The notes: generated by a model from the letters alone, not told the origin. DNA of 28,519 nucleotides from a virus (IMGVR_UViG_3300010376_000788:1-28519); one strand, 5' to 3'; shown: positions 7,504-16,497, counted from the stretch's first letter. A program made the numbers and translations.

Positions 7504-8040
7504 ATGGCTACCAAGAGCATCCTGACGCCCGTCGGCATCTCCAGCTTCATCAACCTGAAAGAGCCCCGCTCCGTCGTGGAGGGCGGCGAACCCCGCTACT
7601 CCATCACCCTGATCTTCGACAAGGCCGCTCAGGCGACCGACCAGTTCCGCAATCTGGAGGAAGCCATCGAGGATGCCATCCGCGCCAAATGGCCGAGCCG
7701 CCGTCCCGGCGGCCTGCGCAGCCCCTTCCGCGACGGCGCGGAGAAGCAGGGGGTCTATGAGGGCTACAAGGCCGGTGACATCTTCATCTCGCCCTGGAGC
7801 AAGGACAAGCCCGGCGTCGTGGACATCAACCGCAACGACCTTCTTGATTTCGCGGACGTGTTCGCCGGCTGGACCTGCCGCGCCAATGTGCGCCCCTTCG
7901 CCTACGACCAGGGAGGCAACAAGGGCTGCGGGCTGTTCCTCGACAATGTGCAGTTCCTGCGTCCCGGCAAACGCCTCGACGGCCGCAAGGCTGCCTCCGA
8001 GAGCTATCCCGACGATCAGACCGCAGACGAGATGATCTAA
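7504..8040 (+). CDS. DUF2815-family single-stranded DNA-binding protein
   Basis: SFINL.EPR, PRYSITLIF, RSPFRDG, KPGVVD, FAYDQGGNKG....LDNVQ....G.RLDGR and an acidic tail. Lies between DUF2800 and the polymerase. Confidence 0.9.
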   Translation: MATKSILTPVGISSFINLKEPRSVVEGGEPRYSITLIFDKAAQATDQFRNLEEAIEDAIRAKWPSRRPGGLRSPFRDGAEKQGVYEGYKAGDIFISPWSKDKPGVVDINRNDLLDFADVFAGWTCRANVRPFAYDQGGNKGCGLFLDNVQFLRPGKRLDGRKAASESYPDDQTADEMI

Positions 8041-8041
8041 A

Positions 8042-8224
8042 ATGGTCCCCCTTCTCACCCCGGAAAGCTGGCGCGTCCTGCGCCAGCTTATCAGGCTGCA
8101 CGGCTACGACGACCTGATCCGCGCCCTGCGCCTTCAGCAGATCACGGACATTCTGGACCCTCCCAAGGACGAGAACGACGATGCGCGGCTCCCTGATGAT
8201 CTCCGTGTGCCCGGATTGCGGTGA
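8042..8224 (+). CDS. Small hypothetical protein
   Basis: Starts just after the SSB stop codon. High-GC3 codon usage. Confidence 0.55.
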   Translation: MVPLLTPESWRVLRQLIRLHGYDDLIRALRLQQITDILDPPKDENDDARLPDDLRVPGLR

Positions 8225-8402
8225 GGCACAGTTCACTTTCCCCGATCCCGAGAGCAGGCACGACCGGAATATTACGGTCGCCATAAATCACGGCGACTTC
8301 CTGAAGATGCTTGCCCTCCTCCTGAGGCGCGCGGACGCCTTTCATGAAGGCCGTCCTTCCAAGGGCGAGATGCCGCTCCGGTGCTGCCAGACGGGGCACT
8401 AA
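8181..8402 (+). CDS. Small hypothetical protein with CxxC
   Basis: Fills the gap in the operon, CPDC motif, purine-rich RBS-like sequence upstream. Confidence 0.5.
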   Translation: MRGSLMISVCPDCGEAQFTFPDPESRHDRNITVAINHGDFLKMLALLLRRADAFHEGRPSKGEMPLRCCQTGH

Positions 8403-8406
8403 AGCC

Positions 8407-8664
8407 ATGCCAGACGATCCGCTGAGAGAAATCGAGGCTAAGGCGCAGAAAGCCTTCAAGGCGTTCGATGCCAAGCGGAACAAGCTTGCTGTTACCTACT
8501 GGGCGGCAAGCACCCCTAAAGCCCAGCTACGGGCGCTGGCAAAAATTGTCCGGCAGCATGGCAAGTTTATGAACCAGAATATGTTCACGGGCGGCTGGAT
8601 GGCTAACGATGTCGTCAGTTTTGCCTTGGTCATCGAGGAGATCGCCAAAGGCATGAAGGAGTGA
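8407..8664 (+). CDS. Small basic hypothetical protein
   Basis: ATG 8407 after a GGGG RBS. Stop overlaps the polymerase GTG. Confidence 0.65.
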   Translation: MPDDPLREIEAKAQKAFKAFDAKRNKLAVTYWAASTPKAQLRALAKIVRQHGKFMNQNMFTGGWMANDVVSFALVIEEIAKGMKE

Positions 8665-10679
8665 AAGCTTCCGTGCCTATCGTCCATCTCGATCTCGAAG
8701 CCGCAGGCACCCTCGACCTTCGCAAGGTCGGGGCTGACGCCTGGGCGCGCGATCCAAGCACTCAGTTGATCCTCGTCGGCTACGCCATAGACGACCAGCC
8801 GGCGAGGAATTTCACCTGGGGCGGCGGGCTTCCCTGGGCCGTGGGCCATTTCGACCTGATGGCGTCCACGATCCGGAACGACGAGCTTCATCTCGCTTAC
8901 GATCTCGCCCGCGCCGTCGAGCAGGGCGCGGAGATACACGCCTGGAACGCGGCGTTCGAGCGGGTCATGTGGAACACCATCATGGCGCGGCGCGGCTTCC
9001 AGCGCCTTCCCATCGACCGTTTCCACTGCACGATGGCCGCCGCCGCGAATGCCGGGCTTCCTATGGCCCTGGACGACGCGGCCTTGGCCATCAACGCCTC
9101 TCATGTGAAGGACAAATTGGGCCATGCCAACATGCTGCGCATGGCGCGCCCGCGCGCCTTCCAGCCTGACGGCACGCCGCGCTGGTGGCATATCGAGAGC
9201 GCCCCCAAGCTTCATGCGCTGAAAGCCTACAACATCGCGGACGTGGAAGCCGAGCGGGAAATCTACAAGCGCATCCCGCGCATGCCTGGGCGCGAGCGCG
9301 AAATCTGGCTGATCGACCAGCACATGAACGACCGGGGCATGCCGGTGGATTTGGACCTTGTCTGGCAGCTGGAGACGATCACCGAGGAAGAGCTTCGCCA
9401 TCTGAACCGGGAGATCGCCAGCCTCACCGAGAATTTCGTCTGGAAGATCACGCAGAACGACCGGCTCCTGACATGGCTGAATGACGGCGGCTACCCTTGC
9501 GACAATCTTCGCAAGGACACCCTGAAAGAGTTCATCGGCAGCGAAGCCTTCTACGACATGACCGTTTTCGCGCAGAAAGCGCTCTTGGTGCGCGCCGAGG
9601 CGGCCAAGACCTCGACGGCCAAGCTGAAGAAACTCCGGAACTTCGCGTGGCGGGACGGCCGGGCGCGGCATCTCGTGCAGTATGCCGGTGCGGTCAGGAC
9701 GCTGCGCTGGGCGGGCAGGGGGCCGCAGGTTCAGAATTTCCCGCGTCCCGTCATCAAGCATGTGGACAGGGCTATCGAGGAAATCAAAAAGGGCATGCCT
9801 AATGAAGGGCTGCGCGTCGTCTTCGGCAAGCCGCTCGACGTGGTGTCCTCGTGCCTGCGCGGCACCTTCCATGCACTGGCCAACAAGCGCTTCGTGGTGT
9901 GCGATTTCCACTCCATCGAGGCCATCGTCCTGGGCTGGCTTGCAGATTTCAAGGAACTGCTCGACGTGTTCCGGCGCGGCGAGGATGTCTACGTCTACAC
10001 GGCCGCCGGGATCGGCAGCAACAACCGGCAGCTGGGCAAGGTGATGCGCCTTGCTCTCGGTTTTGGCATGGGCGCGGACAAGTTCCGGAAGACGGCCAAA
10101 GCCTCCGGGATCGAACTGTCCCTCGTGGAAGCCGAGGAAGGCGTCCAAAGGTTCAGGAGCACCAACCGGCCCATCGTCTCGCTCTGGTATGCCTACGAGA
10201 ACGCCGCGCGGCGCGCCATCCTCACACCGGATCAGCAGTTCATGGCCGGCAGGACGAAGTTCCGCATGGCGGCCAAGAGCGGCCGCGCGGCCAGTTCCCT
10301 CTTGATCGAGAAGCCGTCAGGGGGCACCCTCGTCTACCGGGACGCGACTGTCGAGGACGGGCGCATCCGCTACTGGGGCGTTCACCAGACCACCCGGCAG
10401 TGGATGCAACTCGACACCTACGGTGGGAAGCTTGTGGAGAACGTCACTCAGGCGGTGGCCCGCGACCTTCTCGCGGACGCCATGCGCGAGTTCGACCGCC
10501 TCCATCCTGGTGCGCTGCTGACGACCATCCATGACGAGATCGTGGCCGAGACATGGGCCAAAGAGGCTCCGCAGATGCTGGAAGACCTCAAGCGGATCAT
10601 GAGCACTCCCCCTGCCTGGGCTCCCGACATGCCGCTCTCTGCGGCCGGCTACGTCGCCGAGCGCTACGCCAAAGGCTAG
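8661..10679 (+). CDS. Family A DNA polymerase (APSE/SPO2-like) with 3'-5' exonuclease domain
   Basis: ExoI HLDLE, ExoII AWNAAFER, ExoIII YNIADVEAE, RWAGRG.Q.QNFPR, motif A DFHSIE, motif B RQLGK...LALGFG, motif C TIHDEIV. Confidence 0.95.
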   Translation: MKASVPIVHLDLEAAGTLDLRKVGADAWARDPSTQLILVGYAIDDQPARNFTWGGGLPWAVGHFDLMASTIRNDELHLAYDLARAVEQGAEIHAWNAAFERVMWNTIMARRGFQRLPIDRFHCTMAAAANAGLPMALDDAALAINASHVKDKLGHANMLRMARPRAFQPDGTPRWWHIESAPKLHALKAYNIADVEAEREIYKRIPRMPGREREIWLIDQHMNDRGMPVDLDLVWQLETITEEELRHLNREIASLTENFVWKITQNDRLLTWLNDGGYPCDNLRKDTLKEFIGSEAFYDMTVFAQKALLVRAEAAKTSTAKLKKLRNFAWRDGRARHLVQYAGAVRTLRWAGRGPQVQNFPRPVIKHVDRAIEEIKKGMPNEGLRVVFGKPLDVVSSCLRGTFHALANKRFVVCDFHSIEAIVLGWLADFKELLDVFRRGEDVYVYTAAGIGSNNRQLGKVMRLALGFGMGADKFRKTAKASGIELSLVEAEEGVQRFRSTNRPIVSLWYAYENAARRAILTPDQQFMAGRTKFRMAAKSGRAASSLLIEKPSGGTLVYRDATVEDGRIRYWGVHQTTRQWMQLDTYGGKLVENVTQAVARDLLADAMREFDRLHPGALLTTIHDEIVAETWAKEAPQMLEDLKRIMSTPPAWAPDMPLSAAGYVAERYAKG

Positions 10680-10694
10680 AGAGGAGGGAACGCC

Positions 10695-13244
10695 ATGCCT
10701 GCCGACGCCCAAGCCGTCTCTATGGATGCGGTCGAGTTCTTCGACGCCGGCTTCGGCCTCTACATGCTGCCGGTCACGCCTCCGGGCGGCGCGTCGTCGC
10801 CTTCCTCGACCTTGAACGCCAAGGTGATGGGCAAGGCCCCCGGAAGGCTCACGGCCGCCGGCTGGACGGGCGTGGACGTGAACGACCACAGGCACCGTTG
10901 CCAGGACTACAAGACCGCGATGCTCTGGCGCGACGAGTGGGGCTCGAATGTCGGTTTCGCGGTTGGGAACGGGTTCGTCGTCATCGACAACGACCAGGGC
11001 GAGGAGTTCTCGCAAGTTCTCTGCAAGGTGCTGGCGGACATCGGCGTGACGCCGCTGCGCCGCTACGTGCTGCACGAGAAGCACAAGCGTGACGCCTTCT
11101 TCCTGAGGGTGCTGGATTTCGTGGGTGATCCGGCATCCGTCGCCAATCAGGACATGAAATTCCGCAAGGACGCCCTCGAAGCCAAGGTGCAGGTTCTGGC
11201 GCACGGAAAGCAGGCCGTGATCTCCGGCATGCATCCCGGCACCAAGGCTCCCTATGTCTGGAACCGGGTCATTGCCAGCGTCGATGACATCCCGGTGGTG
11301 AGCGACAAGAAACTTAGTGAGATCATAAGAAAATTTATGGAGGCGCTGGCCGATGACGGCTGGTCGGTGCCTGCGCAGGCACCGCAAGCGCGCAGTGGAC
11401 AAAACCCCGCCGCTAATTCGACGTCACCCTCCTCCTCCTTGGTTGTGCTCGACTGGGTCGCGTTCCAGCCTGCTCTCGACGAGGTGAGCGACCTTCTCAA
11501 GCGGATACCGAACCGCGACACGCCTCCCGGAGCCGTGCGGACCAGCGTGGACATCTGGCTGGACGAGTATCCGAACTGGGTCAAGGTGGCCTATTGCGTG
11601 GCCGCGCAACTGGGGTCCACCTTCGCGATGACGCCCGAGGCCGAGCGGATATGGCTGGCATGGTCCGACGGACGCCAGCAGACGGGACAGTCTTCCAAGG
11701 ATTTATGGCGCAGCGTGCTCAAGCAGCCGCAATGGCAGCTGGGTTCCATCGCGCTCCTCAAGCTCGTGCGGCAGATAGCGCCCGAGAACCCGCCCTTTCC
11801 GGCTATCGACCCGAACGACCCGCAGATCGTCGCGGCCCTGGGGCCTCGCCCGCTCTGGGACAAGATCAACTCCGAGTGGATTTTCCTCGCCCAGAAGGAC
11901 GGCCGCTTCGTGCATTTGCCGAGCATGCGCGAGGTTCACCACAAGGGCTTCGCCAGCGAGCATTCGGCCCAGGCCAAGGCGCTGGCGAAGGAGCTTGGCT
12001 GGAAGGGCAAGCGCCCCAACGCCGCCGACGTCTTCGTGAACCAGCCGGACAAGCGCATCGCGACAACCTACACCTATTGGCCCGGCCTTCCGCAGTTGAT
12101 CGTCAATATGGGAAGCGGGCCGCTGGTCAACTTCACGATCAACCGCTGGATCGCGCCCGTCGTGCAGGCACGGACCGTGACGTCCACTGAAATCAAACCT
12201 TGGCTCGATCATCTCGACTTCATCCTGGAGAGCGAGAGCGGCCGCTTTGTGAAGTGGTGCGCCTACGTCGTCCAGCACCCCGAGGACAAGCCGAACTGGC
12301 ACTTCCTCATCATGGGTTGTCCTGGTGTGGGCAAGGATACGATGGTCGTGCCTGTGAAGCTCGCCATCGGCACGCGCAACTGCCTCGAAGCGGAAATCCC
12401 GCAGCTCCACGGCGATTTCAACGACGCCTACGAGAAAAAGCTCCTGATCGTGAGCGAGACGAGCCAGCCCTGGCGGGAGGCGCACCGGCTCTGGACCCGT
12501 CTGAAGCAAGTCCTCGCCAAGCCGCCCGACACGCTGCGGATCAACCCCAAGCATTTGCAACCCTACCTGATCCCTAATCTGGGAGCCGCGATCCTGTTCT
12601 CGAACGACCTGAACCCGATCTTCATCGAGCCCGGCGACCGCCGGCTGCACATCCTGAACCAGCGGCACATCAGGCAGAAGCCGGCCGCTTATTACGACGC
12701 CCTGCGCAACTGGCTCGACGCCGGGGGCGCGGACGCGGTCGCGTCCTACCTGCACGGCTACCCCCTGAGCGACGCCGAGAAGCTGGGCTTCAAGGGCAAC
12801 GCGCCTGACAGCCCCGCCAAGCAGGCACTGATCCAGCAGAACCTGAACCCGGCGCTCTACGCCTTCGAGGAGATGGTCCGGGACGCCCGCTCCGGAGTGC
12901 TTTCGGCGCTTACGACCGTGAGCGAGATGGTGGAAGCCATCGAGTTGCGCGCCGGGAAGCGCTTCCGCCCCACTCCCCAGGAGGTGGGCGCGTGGCTGCT
13001 CGACATGGAGCACAAGGGAAAGGGCGCGGGACGCCTGCGCCGGGACCCGAACAACCCGAGCTATTGCGGGGCGGTGAGCAGCAAGGGACAAACGTCCGCG
13101 CGCCTCTGGCATCTCTCCGAGAAGGCTCCTGACGGCCGTGACTGGAGCCACTTCTCGAATGTCGAGCTTCTGGCCATGTGGCGCGGCAAGCCCCCGCCGC
13201 CGCGTGCGACCATTATTCCTTTCCCTGATGACGAGAAGATTTGA
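10695..13244 (+). CDS. Bifunctional primase-polymerase / PriCT / SF3 (D5-like) helicase
   Basis: N-terminal prim-pol (GKAP, NVG, VVIDND, HPGT..PYVW), PriCT-like Y.NWVKV...W..WS, Walker A GCPGVGKDT, FND, FSN and DRR. Confidence 0.9.
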   Translation: MPADAQAVSMDAVEFFDAGFGLYMLPVTPPGGASSPSSTLNAKVMGKAPGRLTAAGWTGVDVNDHRHRCQDYKTAMLWRDEWGSNVGFAVGNGFVVIDNDQGEEFSQVLCKVLADIGVTPLRRYVLHEKHKRDAFFLRVLDFVGDPASVANQDMKFRKDALEAKVQVLAHGKQAVISGMHPGTKAPYVWNRVIASVDDIPVVSDKKLSEIIRKFMEALADDGWSVPAQAPQARSGQNPAANSTSPSSSLVVLDWVAFQPALDEVSDLLKRIPNRDTPPGAVRTSVDIWLDEYPNWVKVAYCVAAQLGSTFAMTPEAERIWLAWSDGRQQTGQSSKDLWRSVLKQPQWQLGSIALLKLVRQIAPENPPFPAIDPNDPQIVAALGPRPLWDKINSEWIFLAQKDGRFVHLPSMREVHHKGFASEHSAQAKALAKELGWKGKRPNAADVFVNQPDKRIATTYTYWPGLPQLIVNMGSGPLVNFTINRWIAPVVQARTVTSTEIKPWLDHLDFILESESGRFVKWCAYVVQHPEDKPNWHFLIMGCPGVGKDTMVVPVKLAIGTRNCLEAEIPQLHGDFNDAYEKKLLIVSETSQPWREAHRLWTRLKQVLAKPPDTLRINPKHLQPYLIPNLGAAILFSNDLNPIFIEPGDRRLHILNQRHIRQKPAAYYDALRNWLDAGGADAVASYLHGYPLSDAEKLGFKGNAPDSPAKQALIQQNLNPALYAFEEMVRDARSGVLSALTTVSEMVEAIELRAGKRFRPTPQEVGAWLLDMEHKGKGAGRLRRDPNNPSYCGAVSSKGQTSARLWHLSEKAPDGRDWSHFSNVELLAMWRGKPPPPRATIIPFPDDEKI

Positions 13245-13268
13245 CAACGCGCCACGCCATGACTACAT
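13241..13268 (+). promoter_or_regulatory. Sigma70-type promoter TTGACA-N16-CTACAT
   Basis: -35 overlaps the primase stop codon, and -10 at 13263-13268 resembles the other two promoters. Confidence 0.6.
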
Positions 13269-13300
13269 AGAGTGTCTGTGAAAGGATCAGGTGTCAGGAT

Positions 13301-13564
13301 ATGGTTGGTTGGGCTAAGAATTCTCCCCGCAAGATGGCTCCGGGCATCGACATGCCGATGAGCGTGTCGAGCCTCGCAGACGCCTGCGGCGTGAGCCGTC
13401 AGCGCATCTACATCCTCGTGAAGGAGGGCCGGATTTCCGCCGTGCCGATGGCCGGCGGCTACGTGATCATGCCGAACGAGGTCAAGCGCGTCATGGGCAT
13501 GACGCATCACGTTCGAATGCGGAGCGGGAACACTCAGACCCGCTTCGATTTCAGCAAGATTTGA
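13301..13564 (+). CDS. Excisionase/MerR-like winged HTH protein
   Basis: MSVSSLADACGVSRQRIYILVKEGRISA....GGYVI...EV matches the HTH_17/Xis-like pattern. Confidence 0.75.
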   Translation: MVGWAKNSPRKMAPGIDMPMSVSSLADACGVSRQRIYILVKEGRISAVPMAGGYVIMPNEVKRVMGMTHHVRMRSGNTQTRFDFSKI

Positions 13565-13887
13565 CGGAGAAGGGAAAGTCCACCTGCAACGGGCGTGCGG
13601 CCACCGGCAAGCGTGTAAGGCGCTACAAGATCGGGTTCTGGTTTCTCTGTCAAATAATCGGAAGGCGACATCTTCCAGTGAAATCCGATAAAGCCGCACA
13701 ACTACTTCGATACGTCGCCTCGCAACGAGGAATTGCCGTCCCTCTACAGCCCGCGTGCTGGAGGTTCACCACCAGGGATGCCCTGGAGTGCGTCAACGCT
13801 CCCTATACCAATCGTGGAAGCATGCTCTTCCGGGTCCCCAACTGGTTCGAGAACGATGGCCGAGAGCTACAGCCCCGCTCCGATTAA
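13561..13887 (+). CDS. Basic hypothetical protein
   Basis: TTGA overlap with the upstream stop and fills the gap. Codon usage is atypical. Confidence 0.45.
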   Translation: MTEKGKSTCNGRAATGKRVRRYKIGFWFLCQIIGRRHLPVKSDKAAQLLRYVASQRGIAVPLQPACWRFTTRDALECVNAPYTNRGSMLFRVPNWFENDGRELQPRSD

Positions 13888-14089
13888 GCGCATCGCGCAG
13901 ATCATCACGCATAGGCGCGAGGACGCCAAGCAGGGAGCATCCGCCATTGGACGAGCGAAGCGCATCTACGACGAGGAGATCGCTCCCCTGGTGGTGCAGC
14001 GGAACGCGCTTCAAGACGAGAACGTGAAGCTGCGAGCACAGCTTGCCGACGTGAACGCGGCGCTCGAAGCATCCGAGGCACTGAGATGA
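13856..14089 (+). CDS. Coiled-coil hypothetical protein
   Basis: C-terminal heptad pattern RNALQDENVKLRAQLADVNAALE. ATGA coupling to the next gene. Confidence 0.65.
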   Translation: MAESYSPAPIKRIAQIITHRREDAKQGASAIGRAKRIYDEEIAPLVVQRNALQDENVKLRAQLADVNAALEASEALR

Positions 14090-14370
14090 GCAAGGAGGAA
14101 GAGCCTGGAAACCTGTTCGACGCCATGCCTACCAATCAGTTCGCCGAGATCGATGGCATCGTTTGCCGCGTGTGGAACGGCATGACCAAGAGCGGCGTCG
14201 TCTTCAAGATGCTGGTCTACAGGGTGGCTCACATCCAGACGAAAAAGCGCACCGAGCTTCAGGCGGAATTGGCCCTCACCGGCAAGCCGCATTTCATCAA
14301 GATGCCGGACACGGCGCAAGCGCCCAGCAACGCCGCGCGGCAACGACGCTTCCGAAGCATGAGACGGTAG
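14086..14370 (+). CDS. Hypothetical protein
   Basis: GAGG RBS, ATGA overlap and the pattern PT.QF.EIDGI.CRVWNG.T..GV. Confidence 0.75.
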   Translation: MSKEEEPGNLFDAMPTNQFAEIDGIVCRVWNGMTKSGVVFKMLVYRVAHIQTKKRTELQAELALTGKPHFIKMPDTAQAPSNAARQRRFRSMRR

Positions 14371-14371
14371 T

Positions 14372-14386
14372 GTTCACGTTTTGTTC
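14372..14386. promoter_or_regulatory. Alphaproteobacterial LexA (SOS) box GTTC-N7-GTTC
   Basis: tGTTCacgttttGTTCc immediately after the stop at 14370, in an AT-rich intergenic gap. Confidence 0.7.
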
Positions 14387-14401
14387 CCCTTAACCAGAAT
14401 T

Positions 14402-14824
14402 TTGAAATTTGGGCTGGCGCTGTGGCTGCTGGTGCCTGTGGCCGCCGAGGCGCGCCCTTGCAAGCACGGCATGATCCGGCGGGTGTCCTTGGGCGTCTGC
14501 GTCGGCGCGCACTCCAGGCTGGCGCGGGGCTTCTACCATCCGGGGCATCACCGCTTCCTAAGGCGGCCGAGCTACGGGAAGCATAAAGGTCATCGTCCGG
14601 TGATAGAGGAGCCTGACGACACGCCCGACGAGGCGCAAGCGCCGGCCTGGAGAAAATTCCAGGGAAAAGCCGTCGAGGACCCTCCCGAGCAAGTGGAGCG
14701 GGCCGACAAATCTTCGAAGTTGACTACGGAAACTCCATATGAGCTTCCGATGGGGATCGAAGGTTCCGTGTTGATGCGCAAGCCGCGCGCGAACACTTTC
14801 GACCAACTTGAACCTCCTAGATAG
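14402..14824 (+). CDS. Exported hypothetical protein with signal peptide
   Basis: MKFGLALWLLVPVAAEA|RPC with an AxA cleavage site and a Cys pair CKHGMIRRVSLGVC. TTG start at 14402 (or 14381). Confidence 0.65.
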   Translation: MKFGLALWLLVPVAAEARPCKHGMIRRVSLGVCVGAHSRLARGFYHPGHHRFLRRPSYGKHKGHRPVIEEPDDTPDEAQAPAWRKFQGKAVEDPPEQVERADKSSKLTTETPYELPMGIEGSVLMRKPRANTFDQLEPPR

Positions 14825-14835
14825 GGAGAGCGTGA

Positions 14836-15120
14836 ATGAGCAAGAAAATCGGGGGAGTGCCGCTCGACACCATCAGCCGGCTCTTCGCGAACGTGCCCAA
14901 CCAGACCGGCGACACCGCGTCCGCGCAGATGTCCCGGCAGGCGCAGGCACTGGGCTCCGAGGCCGTCGATCTTGTGGAGGGCGGCAAGATCAGCCACGAG
15001 ACGTTCCACAAGCTCTTCATCCTCGCGATCAGGATGGTCGAGTTCTCCAAGGACATCCACGACTACGAGCGAAGCGTGCTGTACCAGAAGGCCGAAATTC
15101 TAAAGGCGAGGGCCGCGTGA
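14836..15120 (+). CDS. Hypothetical protein
   Basis: GGGAGAG RBS and high-GC3 codon usage. Confidence 0.7.
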   Translation: MSKKIGGVPLDTISRLFANVPNQTGDTASAQMSRQAQALGSEAVDLVEGGKISHETFHKLFILAIRMVEFSKDIHDYERSVLYQKAEILKARAA

Positions 15121-15380
15121 TGGGCGAGCCGCATCATTACTCCGTGGTGCAGTTCTTCGGCGACGGCACCTACGAGAAGGTGCGCTCGATGGTGCCTGCC
15201 AATCAGGCCGTCATGGCCGCGCATCACTACACCCATAGCGTCGCGGCCCGGCACGGGATCGTCGAACGCGTGATCATCACCACCGAGGACGACGACATCT
15301 GCTTCGAATGGAAGTTCGGAGAGGGGATCACCTACCCCGAGGAATGTCGAAAATTCGAGCAGCAGGAGGAGCGACAGTGA
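15120..15380 (+). CDS. Hypothetical phage protein
   Basis: TGATG coupling. Pattern YSVVQFF.DGTYE.VR...VERVIIT..DD...FEWKFGEGITYP. Confidence 0.8.
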   Translation: MGEPHHYSVVQFFGDGTYEKVRSMVPANQAVMAAHHYTHSVAARHGIVERVIITTEDDDICFEWKFGEGITYPEECRKFEQQEERQ

Positions 15381-15622
15381 ACGAGCACGAAGCCCGCATA
15401 GAAGCCGCAGCCGACGAGGTGCAACGCGAGATCGTCGGGATTTTCCGGCCGAGGATGCCCTTGGCGGAAGAGGCTCCTATGGCAGAACCCACGCCGCCGC
15501 CTTCGATCAACATGCGGCTGTCTGCCCTCGAAGCGACGCTTGGCGGCATCTACAACGAGATGCACGAGATGGAGCAGCGGATCATCCATCGGATCGAGCA
15601 GGTGCTTGCCACCATCCTGTGA
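15377..15622 (+). CDS. Hypothetical protein
   Basis: AGGAGG RBS, GTGA overlap, C-terminal coiled coil. Confidence 0.7.
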   Translation: MNEHEARIEAAADEVQREIVGIFRPRMPLAEEAPMAEPTPPPSINMRLSALEATLGGIYNEMHEMEQRIIHRIEQVLATIL

Positions 15623-15639
15623 CCGCGCTATGGTCATGA

Positions 15640-15835
15640 TGTTCCGGCTCAACGGGCTTGCGTAGGGGTCTGCCCCCCATGCCTCGACGCTCCCCGCTGA
15701 CACCGGAACAACTGTTTCTTGAGATACGCTGCGCGATGGCGCAGCGAGCACTGGAAGGCGGCGCGCCAGTAAAACAGGAGCCTTCCGGGGGAAGGGTGGC
15801 AGGCAAGCGCAATCTCTGTCACTCTTCCCGGTGCG
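15640..15835 (+). ncRNA. Candidate structured RNA or terminator complex between the convergent operons
   Basis: Helices 15640-47/15703-10, 15712-17/15772-77, 15727-34/15739-46, 15750-54/15766-70 and 15790-802/15816-28 (13 bp, two G-U pairs on the + strand). Confidence 0.4.
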
Positions 15836-15837
15836 TT

Positions 15838-16497
15838 TTAGTTCTGCCCGCCTCCCTGGCCCATGCCGCCGTAAGGCGCGCCCCTGTTCAGCATCGCGGA
15901 CATCCCGGTGGGCGGCGGCTGCCCGGCGAGGAAGAGCGAGCGCAGCCAGTTAGGTCCCTGAACATGCTCGATGCCCTGCGGCGCGCCTCCAGCCACCGGA
16001 TTGGTGGGGCTCGCGGTTCCGGCGGTCGGCAAGCGGCCCCCGAGCGGGATGTCGCCTGAAGGCCGTATCGGCGGCAGCGGGACGGGCGTCTGCAACCCCG
16101 GCGGCGGGCGCGGCGGGAGCGGCGGCTGCGGCTCCGTGCTGAGCACGGGGTTCGCTCCCCGCGCCGGAGCCGTGGGCGGCAGCGGCGTGGTGGCGGATGC
16201 AGGCCCGCGCGGCGTAGCGCCCCCGGAAGTGGGCACCGGAGAAGCAGGGGCCGGCGCGGATGGAGGGTTCCCGTAACCGCCCGGCGGGTAGAAGCTGAAG
16301 GCGGGCGGCTGGACCGCCGGTCCCGGAGGTGGTGCCGGCGGCGCTGGAGGGGGTGGTTGAGGCCGAGGCGGCACGACCCCCGGCATCAGGGCGTCCAGGG
16401 CCGCCAACGACATGATACCCGGTGCCGGCGTGCCTGGGGCGTTATCGTAGAGGCTGCCACCAATTTGACCGACGACGGGATCGCGGGTGCGCGCCAT
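15838..16497 (-). CDS. Pro/Gly-rich low-complexity protein, last gene of the late operon
   Basis: AAGGAGAG RBS, co-oriented with the virion genes, contains no Lys or Cys. Confidence 0.7.
   Translation of the reverse strand: MARTRDPVVGQIGGSLYDNAPGTPAPGIMSLAALDALMPGVVPPRPQPPPPAPPAPPPGPAVQPPAFSFYPPGGYGNPPSAPAPASPVPTSGGATPRGPASATTPLPPTAPARGANPVLSTEPQPPLPPRPPPGLQTPVPLPPIRPSGDIPLGGRLPTAGTASPTNPVAGGAPQGIEHVQGPNWLRSLFLAGQPPPTGMSAMLNRGAPYGGMGQGGGQN

Noticed and set aside
8496-13247. Long antisense ORFs (550, 361 and 514 aa) opposite the polymerase and primase
   Set aside because: Typical shadow ORFs of high-GC3 genes, with no recognisable motifs.
14390-14404. Possible CtrA site TTAA-N7-TTAA
   Set aside because: Only the first half-site matches (TTAACC); the second reads TTTG.
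15622-15837. tRNA, tmRNA, hammerhead ribozyme or attP in the spacer
   Set aside because: No T-loop or cloverleaf, no CUGANGA/GAAA core, and no integrase in the window to support an att call.
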